A stretch of DNA of 33,741 nt from Burkholderiales bacterium. Lineage in GTDB: Bacteria; Pseudomonadota; Gammaproteobacteria; Burkholderiales; SG8-41. The DNA lies in the NCBI GenBank assembly GCA_005800795.1, contig SYEN01000459.1, positions 1 through 33,741 on the forward strand, read 5' to 3'. The position numbers and the translations under genes were made by a program. This document shows, in pieces, positions 17,817-26,319 of the stretch (position 1 is the stretch's first letter; every line of letters starts with the position of its first letter). The notes beneath the pieces are model-generated. The model was given only the letters and a program-made list of their open reading frames with translations. It was not told the origin of the DNA and searched no databases.

Positions 17817-18107
17817 ATGGAACTTGCCGGACTGATTCTGCTCTTATTGCTGGGCTTGCTGTGGTACGACAGCCTCAATGCGCGCGAAATCGCGGTGCGC
17901 GCTGCGCGGGAGGCGTGCGCATCGGAAGACCTGTTGTTTCTCGACGACACCGTCGGCATCCGCAGCCTGAAGCTCGCGCGCAACGCCGACGGCCATGTGC
18001 AGTTGCAGCGAGCGTATGATTTTGAATTCAGCGATACCGGCAACAATCGCTTGCAGGGCAGCGTGGTGTTGTTGGGAAAACACGTGGCGTTGCTCAATAT
18101 CGGTTAG
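17817..18107 (+). CDS. Small membrane-anchored protein, DUF3301-like
   Basis: N-terminal TM helix (LAGLILLLLLGLLWY), then REIAVRAAREACASEDLLFLDDTV...RAYDFEFSDTGNNRLQG, which fits my memory of DUF3301. Confidence 0.6.
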   Translation: MELAGLILLLLLGLLWYDSLNAREIAVRAAREACASEDLLFLDDTVGIRSLKLARNADGHVQLQRAYDFEFSDTGNNRLQGSVVLLGKHVALLNIG

Positions 18108-18151
18108 GCCGCGCACCCATGCCGCGTGGCCACCGCGCACCGGGAATTGAT

Positions 18152-18180
18152 GTAAACTATTGTTTTAATTGAATTATTTT
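18152..18180 (+). repeat. AT-rich boundary motif, strong copy (b)
   Basis: GTAAACTATTGTTTTAATTGAATTATTTT matches 25/29 of the consensus. It contains the palindrome TAATT-G-AATTA. It lies upstream of the proline-rich protein gene. Confidence 0.6.
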
Positions 18181-18210
18181 TATGGCCAGCGACCGGCATT
18201 TGAGCACGGC

Positions 18211-19053
18211 ATGAGCGCCACCTTCGATGATTACCGTCCGCGTCACGACGGTGTCACCATACCCACCATCGCGCTCTGGCTGGTGGCATCGCTGGTGCTA
18301 CACGTCGCACTGCTGCTGTGGGCGCCGCCGCTGACCAAGCCCAACACCGATGAACCGGTGCCGCCGCGGCTCACGGCCTATTTGCAATCCGCGCCGCAGC
18401 CGCCGGAGCCCGTGCTACCGGCGCCACGGGTGCTGCCGCCTCCACCACCGCGTGCCGCCCCGGCAGCGCCACCGCCGCCTACGAAATCTCCGGCCGCACC
18501 AGTGGTCGCACTGACAAAGCCCCAGCCTGTTCCGCCTGCGTTCACCACGCCCGCAACAGCGGACCCCGCAACAATACCGCCCCCCGAGGCCGATTTCGCC
18601 GCCCTTATCGCAGCACGCCAGCGCGCGCGCGGCGAAGATGTACCACGTGCCGACACAGAATCAGCCAACCGAGTCGCGATGACCCAGGCGACAGCAAAAT
18701 CGCCGCCAACCATCACCTTCGGCGAGCGCCCGCCCACGCCCAGTGGCGGCCTGTTTCAAATACGCCGCCGCGGTTACGACTACGCCGAATTCATGTTTTT
18801 CGGCTGGAATCAGAATTTCGGCCGTGTGGTGCCGCAGTTGATCGAGGTGCGCAAGGAAGGCAATAGCGATATCGACATCGCCGTCATCCGCAAAATTATC
18901 GCTCTCATCCGCGACCACGAGCGCGGTGACTTCCAGTGGTATTCGCAGCGCGTGGGTAAGAACCTCACGCTATCGGCGCGCGCGCGCGACAACGCCGGGC
19001 TGGAGGATTTTATGTTGCAGGAGTTCTACGAAGACTTGCACCGCTACCGGTAA
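18211..19053 (+). CDS. Hypothetical membrane-anchored protein with proline-rich linker
   Basis: One TM helix (IALWLVASLVLHVALLLWA), a long P/A-rich spacer (PPPPPRAAPAAPPPPTKSPAAP), and a globular C-terminus without recognisable TonB-C motifs. I prefer the ATG at 18211 over the listed TTG at 18169, which lies inside the AT-rich motif. Confidence 0.6.
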   Translation: MSATFDDYRPRHDGVTIPTIALWLVASLVLHVALLLWAPPLTKPNTDEPVPPRLTAYLQSAPQPPEPVLPAPRVLPPPPPRAAPAAPPPPTKSPAAPVVALTKPQPVPPAFTTPATADPATIPPPEADFAALIAARQRARGEDVPRADTESANRVAMTQATAKSPPTITFGERPPTPSGGLFQIRRRGYDYAEFMFFGWNQNFGRVVPQLIEVRKEGNSDIDIAVIRKIIALIRDHERGDFQWYSQRVGKNLTLSARARDNAGLEDFMLQEFYEDLHRYR

Positions 19054-19120
19054 CATCGGGATTGCAGGCATCGCGCCCGCTGTGACACAACGATGTCATG
19101 TGGCGGCAAACCATCAGCTA

Positions 19121-19141
19121 CTGCGGGCGGGACGCCCGCAG
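19121..19141. terminator. GC-rich hairpin in convergent gap (possible bidirectional terminator)
   Basis: CTGCGGGCG-GGA-CGCCCGCAG forms a 9-bp perfect stem. There is no clear U-tract on either side. Confidence 0.3.
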
Positions 19142-19164
19142 CTCCTCAATCGTTCACGCGCCCA

Positions 19165-20826
19165 TCAATCCTTCATCAACGCAAACGTCCAAACCGACCC
19201 GCCGGTGGGGATAATCGCCCCTGCCGAACGGCTGGGATTACTGCCGCCACGCCCCGACAGCACACTGACGTACTGCTGGCCTTTGTGCGTGTAGGTGATG
19301 ACCGGCGCGTTGATGCTGGAGCCGGTTTTGAATTGCCACAACTGCTTGCCGTCGGCTTGATCCAGCGCGATTACTTCGCCGGTGAGTTTGCCGGTGAAGA
19401 GCAGGCCGCCGTCGGTGCCCAGCGTGCCCGCCGATACGGCAAAGTCACGCAGCGGAATCTTCCACGCGGTTTTGCCGGTGAGCGGATTCATCGCCACGTG
19501 GTAGCCGGTAATTTCAGGAATCTTGGAGCTGGATTCGACGCCGATGTAGCTTGCGCCGACCACCAGCTTCACGTCGACGAATTTCATCACGCGGAAAATT
19601 TCCCACGAATTCAAATACAGCATGCCGGTGCGCGGGTTGTACGCCGACAGTGAGGCGTTGGTGCCCAGCCGCGGATTGATGGCGATGGTTTCGCCTTTCA
19701 CCGCTTTATCGTAGAGATCGGTCAGCACCGGCCGGCCGGTTTTCAGATCAATGTATTTGGCCCAGTTCTGGTCGGTGTACGCGTGCGCGGCGATCGGCTT
19801 GCCGTTGGTGCGGTCGAGCACATATACGAAACCATTCTTGTTGACGTTGATCAGCACCTTGCGCGGCTTGCCGTCGATCTGAATGTCGGCGACGATGTTC
19901 TCCGCCGTGGCGTCGTAGTCGTAGCTGTCGTTCGGCATGAATTGGTAGTACCACACCATCTCGCCGGTCTTGGGTTTGATCGCGATCACACTGGCGGCAA
20001 ACAGGCTGTCCATGCCTTCGCGGTATTTCGGGTTGTACGGTTCGGCGTTGCCGGTGCCGACAAACACCAGATCCAGTTCCGGATCGTAGGTCACCGGCTG
20101 CCACGTCGCCGCGCCGCCGTACTTCCACGCATCAGGCTGCGTGGCGTTCGGCCACGTTTCCGAGCCCGGCTCGCCGGGCGCGGGCACCGTCCAGCGCCGC
20201 CACAGTTGCTTGCCGGTGTCCGGATCGTAGCCGTCGATGAAGCCGCGCGCGGTACGGTCACCGCCCGCCATGCCGGAAATCAGCACGCCATTGGCGATCA
20301 TCGGCTGCACGATGCCGCCATAGCTTTCTTTCCATTCGCCGAATTTGGTTTTCCACAACTCCTTGCCGGTTTTCATGTCGAGCGCCTGCACATGCCCGTC
20401 GATGTTTTGCCGGAAGAGCTTGCCGTTGTAGATAGTCGCGTGGCCGCGCAGATACGCGCCGCCGGTGGTTACGCGCAACGCAGCGCGGTCGTACGTCACA
20501 GGCGTGCGCCAGATCTGGCGACCGGTGGCAATGTCGATGGCGAAGGTCCAGTTGCCGTTCACGACGTACATCACGCCGTTGTAGACGGTGGGTTGCGCCA
20601 GCTCACCCATGTCGTTGGCGAGACTGAAACTCCACACCGGCACCAGCCGCTTGACGTTGGATTTGTTGATCTGATTCAACGGGCTCCAACTGCGCGCGTG
20701 ATACCCCATGCCGTGCGTCAACACGTTATCGGTGTTCTTGCCGTCGTTCTGCAGCTCGTCCGTGGTCTGCGAAAAACTTGAATTGAAACAAATACTTAAC
20801 AATGCGCCTGCCAGTAGCTTTTTCAT
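19165..20826 (-). CDS. Divergent PQQ-dependent dehydrogenase (methanol/ethanol-family fold), paralogue A
   Basis: Full-length similarity to 8-bladed quinoprotein dehydrogenases (NVLTHGMGY..SPLNQINKSNVKRLVPVW, IDGYDPDTGKQLWR, YDPELDLVFVGTGNAEPYNPKYR, DSYDYDA, LDRTNGKPI, ITYTHKGQQYVSV). The ATG at 20826 has AAGGGAGA upstream and opens a signal peptide (MKKLLAGALLSICFNSSFS). Confidence 0.85.
   Translation of the reverse strand: MKKLLAGALLSICFNSSFSQTTDELQNDGKNTDNVLTHGMGYHARSWSPLNQINKSNVKRLVPVWSFSLANDMGELAQPTVYNGVMYVVNGNWTFAIDIATGRQIWRTPVTYDRAALRVTTGGAYLRGHATIYNGKLFRQNIDGHVQALDMKTGKELWKTKFGEWKESYGGIVQPMIANGVLISGMAGGDRTARGFIDGYDPDTGKQLWRRWTVPAPGEPGSETWPNATQPDAWKYGGAATWQPVTYDPELDLVFVGTGNAEPYNPKYREGMDSLFAASVIAIKPKTGEMVWYYQFMPNDSYDYDATAENIVADIQIDGKPRKVLINVNKNGFVYVLDRTNGKPIAAHAYTDQNWAKYIDLKTGRPVLTDLYDKAVKGETIAINPRLGTNASLSAYNPRTGMLYLNSWEIFRVMKFVDVKLVVGASYIGVESSSKIPEITGYHVAMNPLTGKTAWKIPLRDFAVSAGTLGTDGGLLFTGKLTGEVIALDQADGKQLWQFKTGSSINAPVITYTHKGQQYVSVLSGRGGSNPSRSAGAIIPTGGSVWTFALMKD
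20771..20799 (-). repeat. AT-rich boundary motif copy (k) embedded in the signal-peptide codons of PQQ paralogue A
   Basis: The reverse strand reads TTAAGTATTTGTTTCAATTCAAGTTTTTC, 23/29 to consensus. It encodes LSICFNSSFS. Confidence 0.5.
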
Positions 20827-20860
20827 TGGTGATCTCCCTTGATGCATCGAATGATGCAAG

Positions 20861-20899
20861 ACACAAAATGATCCCCTCGCCCCGTTTAAGGGGAGAGGG
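20861..20899 (-). terminator. Candidate intrinsic terminator/attenuator between the cytochrome c gene and PQQ paralogue A
   Basis: A 10-bp stem with one mismatch, CCCTCGCCCC (20874-20883) with GGGGAGAGGG (20890-20899), and loop GTTTAA. On the minus strand it is followed by GATCATTTTGTG. Confidence 0.4.
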
Positions 20900-20911
20900 C
20901 GTATTGCACTA

Positions 20912-21217
20912 CTACTTTTCCCCCTGCGAAAAATAAGCCCACAGCGCTTCGATCTGATCCGGCTTTAACACATCGCCCCACGGCGGCATGTTGCCGCGGC
21001 CATTGGCCACCGACTGAATAAACCGCCGGTGATCGTCCTTGGGTATGGTGGCCAGATCGACCGCCCACTCCGGATTTTTCATGTGATTGCCATGGCAGGT
21101 GGCGCAGTGCAGGGCGTAAATTTCACTGCCGGCTTTGATCTGTGCCGGGGTCACGGCCGTTTGCGCCCAGGCTGTTGCACCCCATAACGCCAATCCAAAT
21201 ATTGCCGTTCGCTTCAT
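20912..21217 (-). CDS. Small periplasmic class I c-type cytochrome
   Basis: Signal peptide (MKRTAIFGLALWGATAWA), heme motif CATCH, and a distal Met region (GRGNMPPWG). The start lies 4 nt after the stop of PQQ paralogue B. Confidence 0.85.
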   Translation of the reverse strand: MKRTAIFGLALWGATAWAQTAVTPAQIKAGSEIYALHCATCHGNHMKNPEWAVDLATIPKDDHRRFIQSVANGRGNMPPWGDVLKPDQIEALWAYFSQGEK

Positions 21218-21221
21218 CCGC

Positions 21222-22895
21222 TTACTCCGGCATCAGGGCAAAGGTCATGACCGAGCCGCCGGCCGGCACGGCATTGGCGGTGTAGCGCGCGGAGGAGATG
21301 CCGCCGCGGCCCACCTGCACCGACACATACTGCACGCCCTTGTGCGTGTAGGTGATGGGCGGCGCATTGACGCTCGAAGCGGTTTTGAACGACCACAGTT
21401 GTTTGCCGCTGTCGATATCCAGCGCGATCATTTCACCCGTCAGCTTGCCGGTGAACAACAGCCCGCCGCCAGTGGCGAGCATGCCGGCGGAACTCGGCAT
21501 ATCCCACAGCGGCGTCTCCCAAACCACTTTACCGGTTAGCGGCTCGATGGCGCGATGATGACCGACCGGTTCGCCCTTGGGATTCAGGCCTGTGGATTCG
21601 ATGCCGGTGGTGTTGCCGCCCAAAATGTGCTTGACCTCAACATACTTCATCACCCGCGCGAAGTTCCAGGTGTTGGCGTAAACCAGATTGGTGCGCGGAT
21701 TGAAAGCAATCAGCGTGGCGTTGGTACCGCGCGACGGCCACACATCAACCGTTTCACCTTTCAATGCGCGGTCAAGCAAGTCGGTATAGACCGGGCGACC
21801 GGTCTTCATATCAATGTGCGACGCCCAGTTCACACGCACATAGGGATTGGCCGCAATCAGCTGGCCGTTGGTGCGATCGAGCACATAGAGAAAGCCGCCC
21901 TTGTGCGCGTTAATCAATACCTTGCGCATTTTGCCCTCGACGCGCAAATCGGTAATCATCCATTCCGCATTGGCATCGAAGTCATACGGATCATTGGGCG
22001 TGGTCTGGTAGTACCACACCACTTCGCCCGTCTTCGGCCGCAGCGCCAGCACACAGGTGGTGCACAGGCTGTCCATGCCGTCGCGATACTTCGGGTTATA
22101 GGGCTGCGCGTTGCCGGTGCCGATGTAGACCAGATCAAGCTCCGGGTCGTACGATGCCGCCTGCCATGTCGCGCCGCCGCCGTATTTCCAGGCATCGGGC
22201 CAGGTTTTGTGCGGCCAGGTCTCGGAACCTTTTTCGCCGGGCGCGGGAATCGTCCAGGTTCGCCACAGGCGCTTGCCGGTATTCGGGTCGTAACCATCGA
22301 CAAACCCGCGCGTGGTGCTGTCGCCGCCGCTCATGCCGGACACCAGCACGCCATTGAACACCGCCGGCGCCACTGTGCCGCGACAACCCTCCACGAACGT
22401 TTCGCAGAATTTGGTGCGCCAGATTTCCTTGCCGGTTTTCATGTCGAGCGCGACCACATGCGCATCGAGCGTCTGGCGGAACAGCTTGCCTTCGTAAATC
22501 GTTGCAGCACCGCGCATGATGGCACCGGTGGACGCCACCCGCAGCGCCCCACGATCGTAGTTCACCGGCGTACGCCACAGTTGTTTGCCAGTGGCGACAT
22601 CAATGGCGAAGGTCCATTCGGCATTCACCACATACATCACACCGTCGTATACCGTCGGCTGCGCCAGTTCACCGTTGTTGTTGGCCGTGCTGAAATGCCA
22701 CACCGGCACCAACCGCTTGACGTTCGACTTGTTGATTTGCCGCAGCGGGCTCCAAGCCTTCAAGTCGTAGCCCATGCCGAAGTTCAGCACGTTGTCGGTG
22801 TTTTTCTGATTGCGGATATCGTCCAGCGTTTGCGCCTGGACCAGCGCACTGCAGGCCAACACGACAGCGCATACCAAGTATTTGATTTTAAACAT
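21222..22895 (-). CDS. Divergent PQQ-dependent dehydrogenase, paralogue B
   Basis: Colinear with A and C (NVLNFGMGY, VDGYDPNTGKRLWR, DPYDFDA, ITYTHKGVQYVSV). Signal peptide MFKIKYLVCAVVLACSALVQA. It carries extra Cys pairs (CETFVEGC, CTTC) that A and C lack. Confidence 0.85.
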   Translation of the reverse strand: MFKIKYLVCAVVLACSALVQAQTLDDIRNQKNTDNVLNFGMGYDLKAWSPLRQINKSNVKRLVPVWHFSTANNNGELAQPTVYDGVMYVVNAEWTFAIDVATGKQLWRTPVNYDRGALRVASTGAIMRGAATIYEGKLFRQTLDAHVVALDMKTGKEIWRTKFCETFVEGCRGTVAPAVFNGVLVSGMSGGDSTTRGFVDGYDPNTGKRLWRTWTIPAPGEKGSETWPHKTWPDAWKYGGGATWQAASYDPELDLVYIGTGNAQPYNPKYRDGMDSLCTTCVLALRPKTGEVVWYYQTTPNDPYDFDANAEWMITDLRVEGKMRKVLINAHKGGFLYVLDRTNGQLIAANPYVRVNWASHIDMKTGRPVYTDLLDRALKGETVDVWPSRGTNATLIAFNPRTNLVYANTWNFARVMKYVEVKHILGGNTTGIESTGLNPKGEPVGHHRAIEPLTGKVVWETPLWDMPSSAGMLATGGGLLFTGKLTGEMIALDIDSGKQLWSFKTASSVNAPPITYTHKGVQYVSVQVGRGGISSARYTANAVPAGGSVMTFALMPE

Positions 22896-22902
22896 TATTT
22901 TA
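22874..22902 (+). repeat. AT-rich boundary motif, subfamily II copy (l), spanning the PQQ-C stop and PQQ-B start
   Basis: CCAAGTATTTGATTTTAAACATTATTTTA is very similar to copy (f). The reverse strand has AATCAA-ATAC-TTG, an IHF core. It contains both the ATG of paralogue B and the TAA of paralogue C. Confidence 0.45.
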
Positions 22903-24570
22903 TTCTGGCATCAAAGCAAAAGTCCACACCGATCCACCTGTCGGCACCACCGCGCCCGCAGAACGATTGGGGTTGCTGCCGCCACGCCCCGACAGCACGG
23001 TGACGTATTGAACGCCCTTGTGGGTATAGGTAATCGGTGGCGCGTTAACGCTGGAACCGGTCTTGAATTGCCACAGCTGCTTGCCGGTATCCTGATCCAG
23101 CGCCACCACTTCGCCGGTAAGCCTGCCGGTGAACAACAGGCCGCTGTCGGTGGCCAGCGTGCCCGCGGAAATGCCATAGTCGTAAATCGGATTCTTCCAT
23201 GCCACCTTGCCCGTCACCGGGTTGATCGCAATCGAATACGCCAGCGGCTCGCCCTTGGGCGGATTCTTGAAACTGGTTTGAATGCCGGTGTAGCCGGCGC
23301 CGATCACCAGTTTCACATCCACGAATTTCATCACCCGTATCGCTTCCCAGGAATTGAGGAACATCAATCCGGTTTTCGGGTTGTAGGCAGACAGGGTGGC
23401 GTTGGTGGCGCGGGCTGGATTCATCTCGACCGTTTCGCCATTGATCGCGCGCTCCAGCAAATCGGTCAATACCGGTCGCCCGGTCTTCAGATCGATCTCC
23501 TTCGCCCAGTTCTGGTTGGTAAATGGCCGCGCCGAGATCAACTGGCCGTTGGTACGGTCCAGCACATACAAGAAGCCATTCTTGTTGGCGTTGAACAAGA
23601 CCTTGCGTGGCTTGCCGTCAATGCGCACGTCGGCGAGGATGCTTTCCTGGCTGCCGTCAAAATCGAAGCTGTCGTTCGGCACATACTGGTAGTGCCACAC
23701 CAGCTCGCCGGTTTTCGGGCGGATCGCCAGTTGCGTCGCGGCGAAAAGGCTGTCCATGCCCATGCGGTACTTCGGGTTATAGGGCTGCGCATTGCCGGTG
23801 CCGACATAATACAAATCGAGTTCCGGGTCGTACGAACCTGCTTGCCAGGTCGCGCCGCCGCCATATTTCCATGCGTCAGGCATCTCCTTGTTGGGCCAAG
23901 TCTCTGAACCTTTCTCGCCCGGCGCAGGTATCGTCCAGGTGCGCCACAGACGCTTGCCGGTATCCGGGTCGTAGCCTTCGACAAAACCGCGCGCGGTGCG
24001 GTCGCCGCCAGCCATGTGATTGATCAGCACGCCGTTGACAATCATCGGCTGGATCACGCCGATGTAACTTTCTTTCCACTCGCCAAATTTTTCCTTCCAC
24101 ACCTCTTTGCCGGTCTTCATATCGAGAGCAACCACGTGCCCGTCGATGTTTTGCCGGAACAGCTTGCCGTTGTAGATAGCCGCCGCACCGCGCAAAAACG
24201 CGCCCGCGCTGCCGATGCGCAGCGCGCCACGGTCATAATTGGCGGGCGTACGCCAGATTTGCCGGCCGGTGGCCACATCGATGGCGAACGTCCAGTTGCC
24301 GTTCACCACGTACATCACGCCGTTGTAGACCGTGGGTTGCGACAGCTCGCCCATGTCGTTGGCGGTGCTGAAGTTCCATATCGGCACCAGCCGCCTCACG
24401 TTCGACTTGGTGATTTGCTTCAACGGGCTGAACATCTTCAGGTCATAGCCCGCGCCCAGATGCAGCACGTTTTCCAGATTTTGTGACGGGTTGAGTAACT
24501 CTTCGCTGGTTTGCGCGGCCGCAAGTCCACATGCCGCACAGAGCAACCCTGCCATGGCGTAGCGTTTCAT
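22900..24570 (-). CDS. Divergent PQQ-dependent dehydrogenase, paralogue C
   Basis: Colinear with A (NVLHLGAGY, VEGYDPDTGKRLWR, DSFDFDG, ITYTHKGVQYVTV). Signal peptide MKRYAMAGLLCAACGLAAA. GGGAGGA lies upstream of the ATG. Confidence 0.85.
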   Translation of the reverse strand: MKRYAMAGLLCAACGLAAAQTSEELLNPSQNLENVLHLGAGYDLKMFSPLKQITKSNVRRLVPIWNFSTANDMGELSQPTVYNGVMYVVNGNWTFAIDVATGRQIWRTPANYDRGALRIGSAGAFLRGAAAIYNGKLFRQNIDGHVVALDMKTGKEVWKEKFGEWKESYIGVIQPMIVNGVLINHMAGGDRTARGFVEGYDPDTGKRLWRTWTIPAPGEKGSETWPNKEMPDAWKYGGGATWQAGSYDPELDLYYVGTGNAQPYNPKYRMGMDSLFAATQLAIRPKTGELVWHYQYVPNDSFDFDGSQESILADVRIDGKPRKVLFNANKNGFLYVLDRTNGQLISARPFTNQNWAKEIDLKTGRPVLTDLLERAINGETVEMNPARATNATLSAYNPKTGLMFLNSWEAIRVMKFVDVKLVIGAGYTGIQTSFKNPPKGEPLAYSIAINPVTGKVAWKNPIYDYGISAGTLATDSGLLFTGRLTGEVVALDQDTGKQLWQFKTGSSVNAPPITYTHKGVQYVTVLSGRGGSNPNRSAGAVVPTGGSVWTFALMPE

Positions 24571-24626
24571 AAGTCCTCCCTTGACGTTTGACGCAGGCGA
24601 ACTTTATACCGTGAAGCCCCGCGCCG

Positions 24627-25571
24627 CTACTGCACCGGACTAATATTCGCGTCCTTCATCAACTTCGTCCACTTGGCGGTCTCGGCTTGCAGCCGGGCAA
24701 CGAACTCGGCTGGGGTGCTTGGCGCAGGCTCTACACCCAGCGGCAGCATGCGCTCTTGCATATCAGCGCTCATCACGGCCTTGGTGGCCGTGGCATTGAC
24801 CTTGGCAATGATGTGTTTGGGTGTGCCCAGTGGCGCAAGCAAGCCGTGCCAACCCAGCACCTCAAAGCCCGCCAGCGTCTCCGCAATCGGTGGCGCATCG
24901 GGCGCCAGACGCGTGCGCTGCAAGGTGGCCACGCCCAGCGTGCGCACGCGGCCGGCTTTCACATACGTCGGCAACGACGGCAGCGGCTGGCACGACAGCT
25001 GCACCTGCCCACCGGCCAGATCCACCAGCGAAGGCGTGCCGCCCTTGTAAGCCACGTGCAACATGCTGATACCCGCAAGCCGCTGAAACAACTCCGTACA
25101 CATATGCGAAGTAGAACCCTGACCATTCGACGCAAACAACAACTTACCCGGCCGCGCCTTGGCGTAAGCGATGAACTCCGCCAACGTATTCGCCGGCACG
25201 CTGCTGTTGATGGCGATGGCAAACGCCGTGTTCGACAACATACCGATAGGTGCGTAATCCTTCACCATCCAGTTACGCTGAAACATCATTGAACCGAGCA
25301 TTTGCGTTGACGTCGCAAACCACAAGGTGTAACCATCCGGCGCGGCTTTGGCGACCAGATCGCCGCTGATCATGCCCGTGGCGCCCGGCCGCGGATCCAC
25401 CACCACCTGCTGGCCCCAGGCTTCGGTGAGCTTGGCCGCGAGATGACGCGCGATGACTTCGGGGCCGGAGCCAGGCGTGGCGGCGGTGATCAGGCGGATG
25501 GGTTTGGTGGGGTAGGCACGAGCGTCCTGGGCAAGCGTTGCCATCAGGCAGATAACGAATGCACAGGCCAT
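24627..25571 (-). CDS. Bug/TctC-family periplasmic binding protein
   Basis: AYPTKPIRLITAATPGSGPEVIAR...VVVDPRPGATG hallmark and C-terminal PAEFVARLQAETAKWTKLMKDANI. I chose the start at the ATG 21 codons inside the listed ORF (MACAFVICLMATLAQDARA signal peptide). The longer GTG start would overlap the toxin remnant. Confidence 0.8.
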   Translation of the reverse strand: MACAFVICLMATLAQDARAYPTKPIRLITAATPGSGPEVIARHLAAKLTEAWGQQVVVDPRPGATGMISGDLVAKAAPDGYTLWFATSTQMLGSMMFQRNWMVKDYAPIGMLSNTAFAIAINSSVPANTLAEFIAYAKARPGKLLFASNGQGSTSHMCTELFQRLAGISMLHVAYKGGTPSLVDLAGGQVQLSCQPLPSLPTYVKAGRVRTLGVATLQRTRLAPDAPPIAETLAGFEVLGWHGLLAPLGTPKHIIAKVNATATKAVMSADMQERMLPLGVEPAPSTPAEFVARLQAETAKWTKLMKDANISPVQ

Positions 25572-25626
25572 CGCCGTAGTCCGCGAGTTTACGCAAACGA
25601 TTTTGTTCACGCGTACCGTCAGGCCG

Positions 25627-25743
25627 TTATACACGGCTCTGCCAAATCAGCGGCGCACGGCTTGAATGCAAACAGGCAATAACATACACCGCGTCGATGA
25701 TGTCCAACCGCGCCGCCGGCACGAAAACGACTGCCCGGATCAA
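25627..25743 (-). pseudogene. Vestigial RelE/ParE-like toxin (38 codons, internally deleted)
   Basis: TTG start overlapping the upstream stop (TTGA). The peptide LIRAVVFVPAARLDIIDAVYVIACLHSSRAPLIWQSRV joins a typical toxin N-terminus (vvF.p.A..dl.ea) directly to the typical C-terminus (vlAv.H..R.P..W). About 55 central residues are missing. Confidence 0.45.
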
Positions 25744-25856
25744 GGTACCCGTGCGGCAAGTTCCGCATCGCCCAAGCTATCCCATATGTCCCCAATGAGC
25801 GCGAGGCGTTCTGGCGGACACAGTTTCGCGATTTCGTCTTGGGTCAGGGCAGGCAT
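25740..25856 (-). pseudogene. Truncated addiction-module antitoxin fragment (Unstab_antitox / TIGR02574-like, 38 codons)
   Basis: MPALTQDEIAKLCPPERLALIGDIWDSLGDAELAARVP contains the family core ERL.LI..(I/L)WDSL, but it ends where full-length members continue for about 35 more residues. There is no SD. Confidence 0.45.
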
Positions 25857-25981
25857 GGAGGCAGATTACCGTATACCGCGCTATTTGTTAAGCCACTCGC
25901 GCGTGCTTGCGTCCCGATCACGTCGCGGCGCAAAGCTTGCGATGCGATATCCGAGCCACACACTCAAGAACCCTGATTTGA

Positions 25982-26319
25982 CGCCCCAAGCTACACAGCA
26001 TCGCATGGTTCGCCACAACCGCGCCGGGCATGTCGGTGCTGAAAACACATGCCAATAGCGGGCGGCTGCGTGCGCTGGCGATGTCCAGCGCCAAACGTTT
26101 GGCAATCACGCCGGATATTCCCACCCTTGCCGAGGCCAGCCTCAAGGATTATCAAAGCAAATCGTGGAACGCACTGGCGGCACCGCGCCAGACGCCGGAG
26201 GCCATCGTGCTGCGCCTGAATCGCGCGATGAGCGCGCTGTTGAGCTCGCGCGCTACGCGCGCGAGGAAATCGTGCGTTTTCAGCCGTTGGTGCAAAGCAT
26301 CGGCTTGAAGCCGGAATAG
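25982..26319 (+). pseudogene. 3' fragment of a Bug/TctC gene, with internal deletion and frameshift
   Basis: After an in-frame TGA at 25979-25981 the frame reads ...IAWFATTAPGMSVLKTHANSGRLRALAMSSAKRLAITPDIPTLAEASLKDYQSKSWNALAAPRQTPEAIVLRLNRAM. This aligns to roughly the last third of the intact Bug gene at 11459. The normal C-terminus (ELARYAREEIVRFQPLVQSIGLKPE, stop 26317-26319) is in another frame, and about 25 residues between the two parts are missing. No N-terminal two-thirds is present. Confidence 0.75.

Noticed and set aside
18169-18210. Listed TTG start for the proline-rich protein, and similar long N-terminal extensions at 2550, 2423, 11382, 16191, 26396 and 32602
   Set aside because: The extensions lack homology or signal-peptide logic. 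They overlap neighbouring genes or the AT-rich motif. In each case an internal ATG with a proper SD gives the family-typical N-terminus.
21555-23003. 482-aa plus-strand ORF, with similar ones at 19783-20781, 22810-23907, 13031-13954, 14126-14851, 7284-8060, 25991-26941 and 30451-31213
   Set aside because: All lie antisense to genes with strong family signatures (PQQ dehydrogenases, VIT protein, amidohydrolase, TfdA, asparaginase). Their translations are Arg/Gly/His-rich with no motifs or SD.
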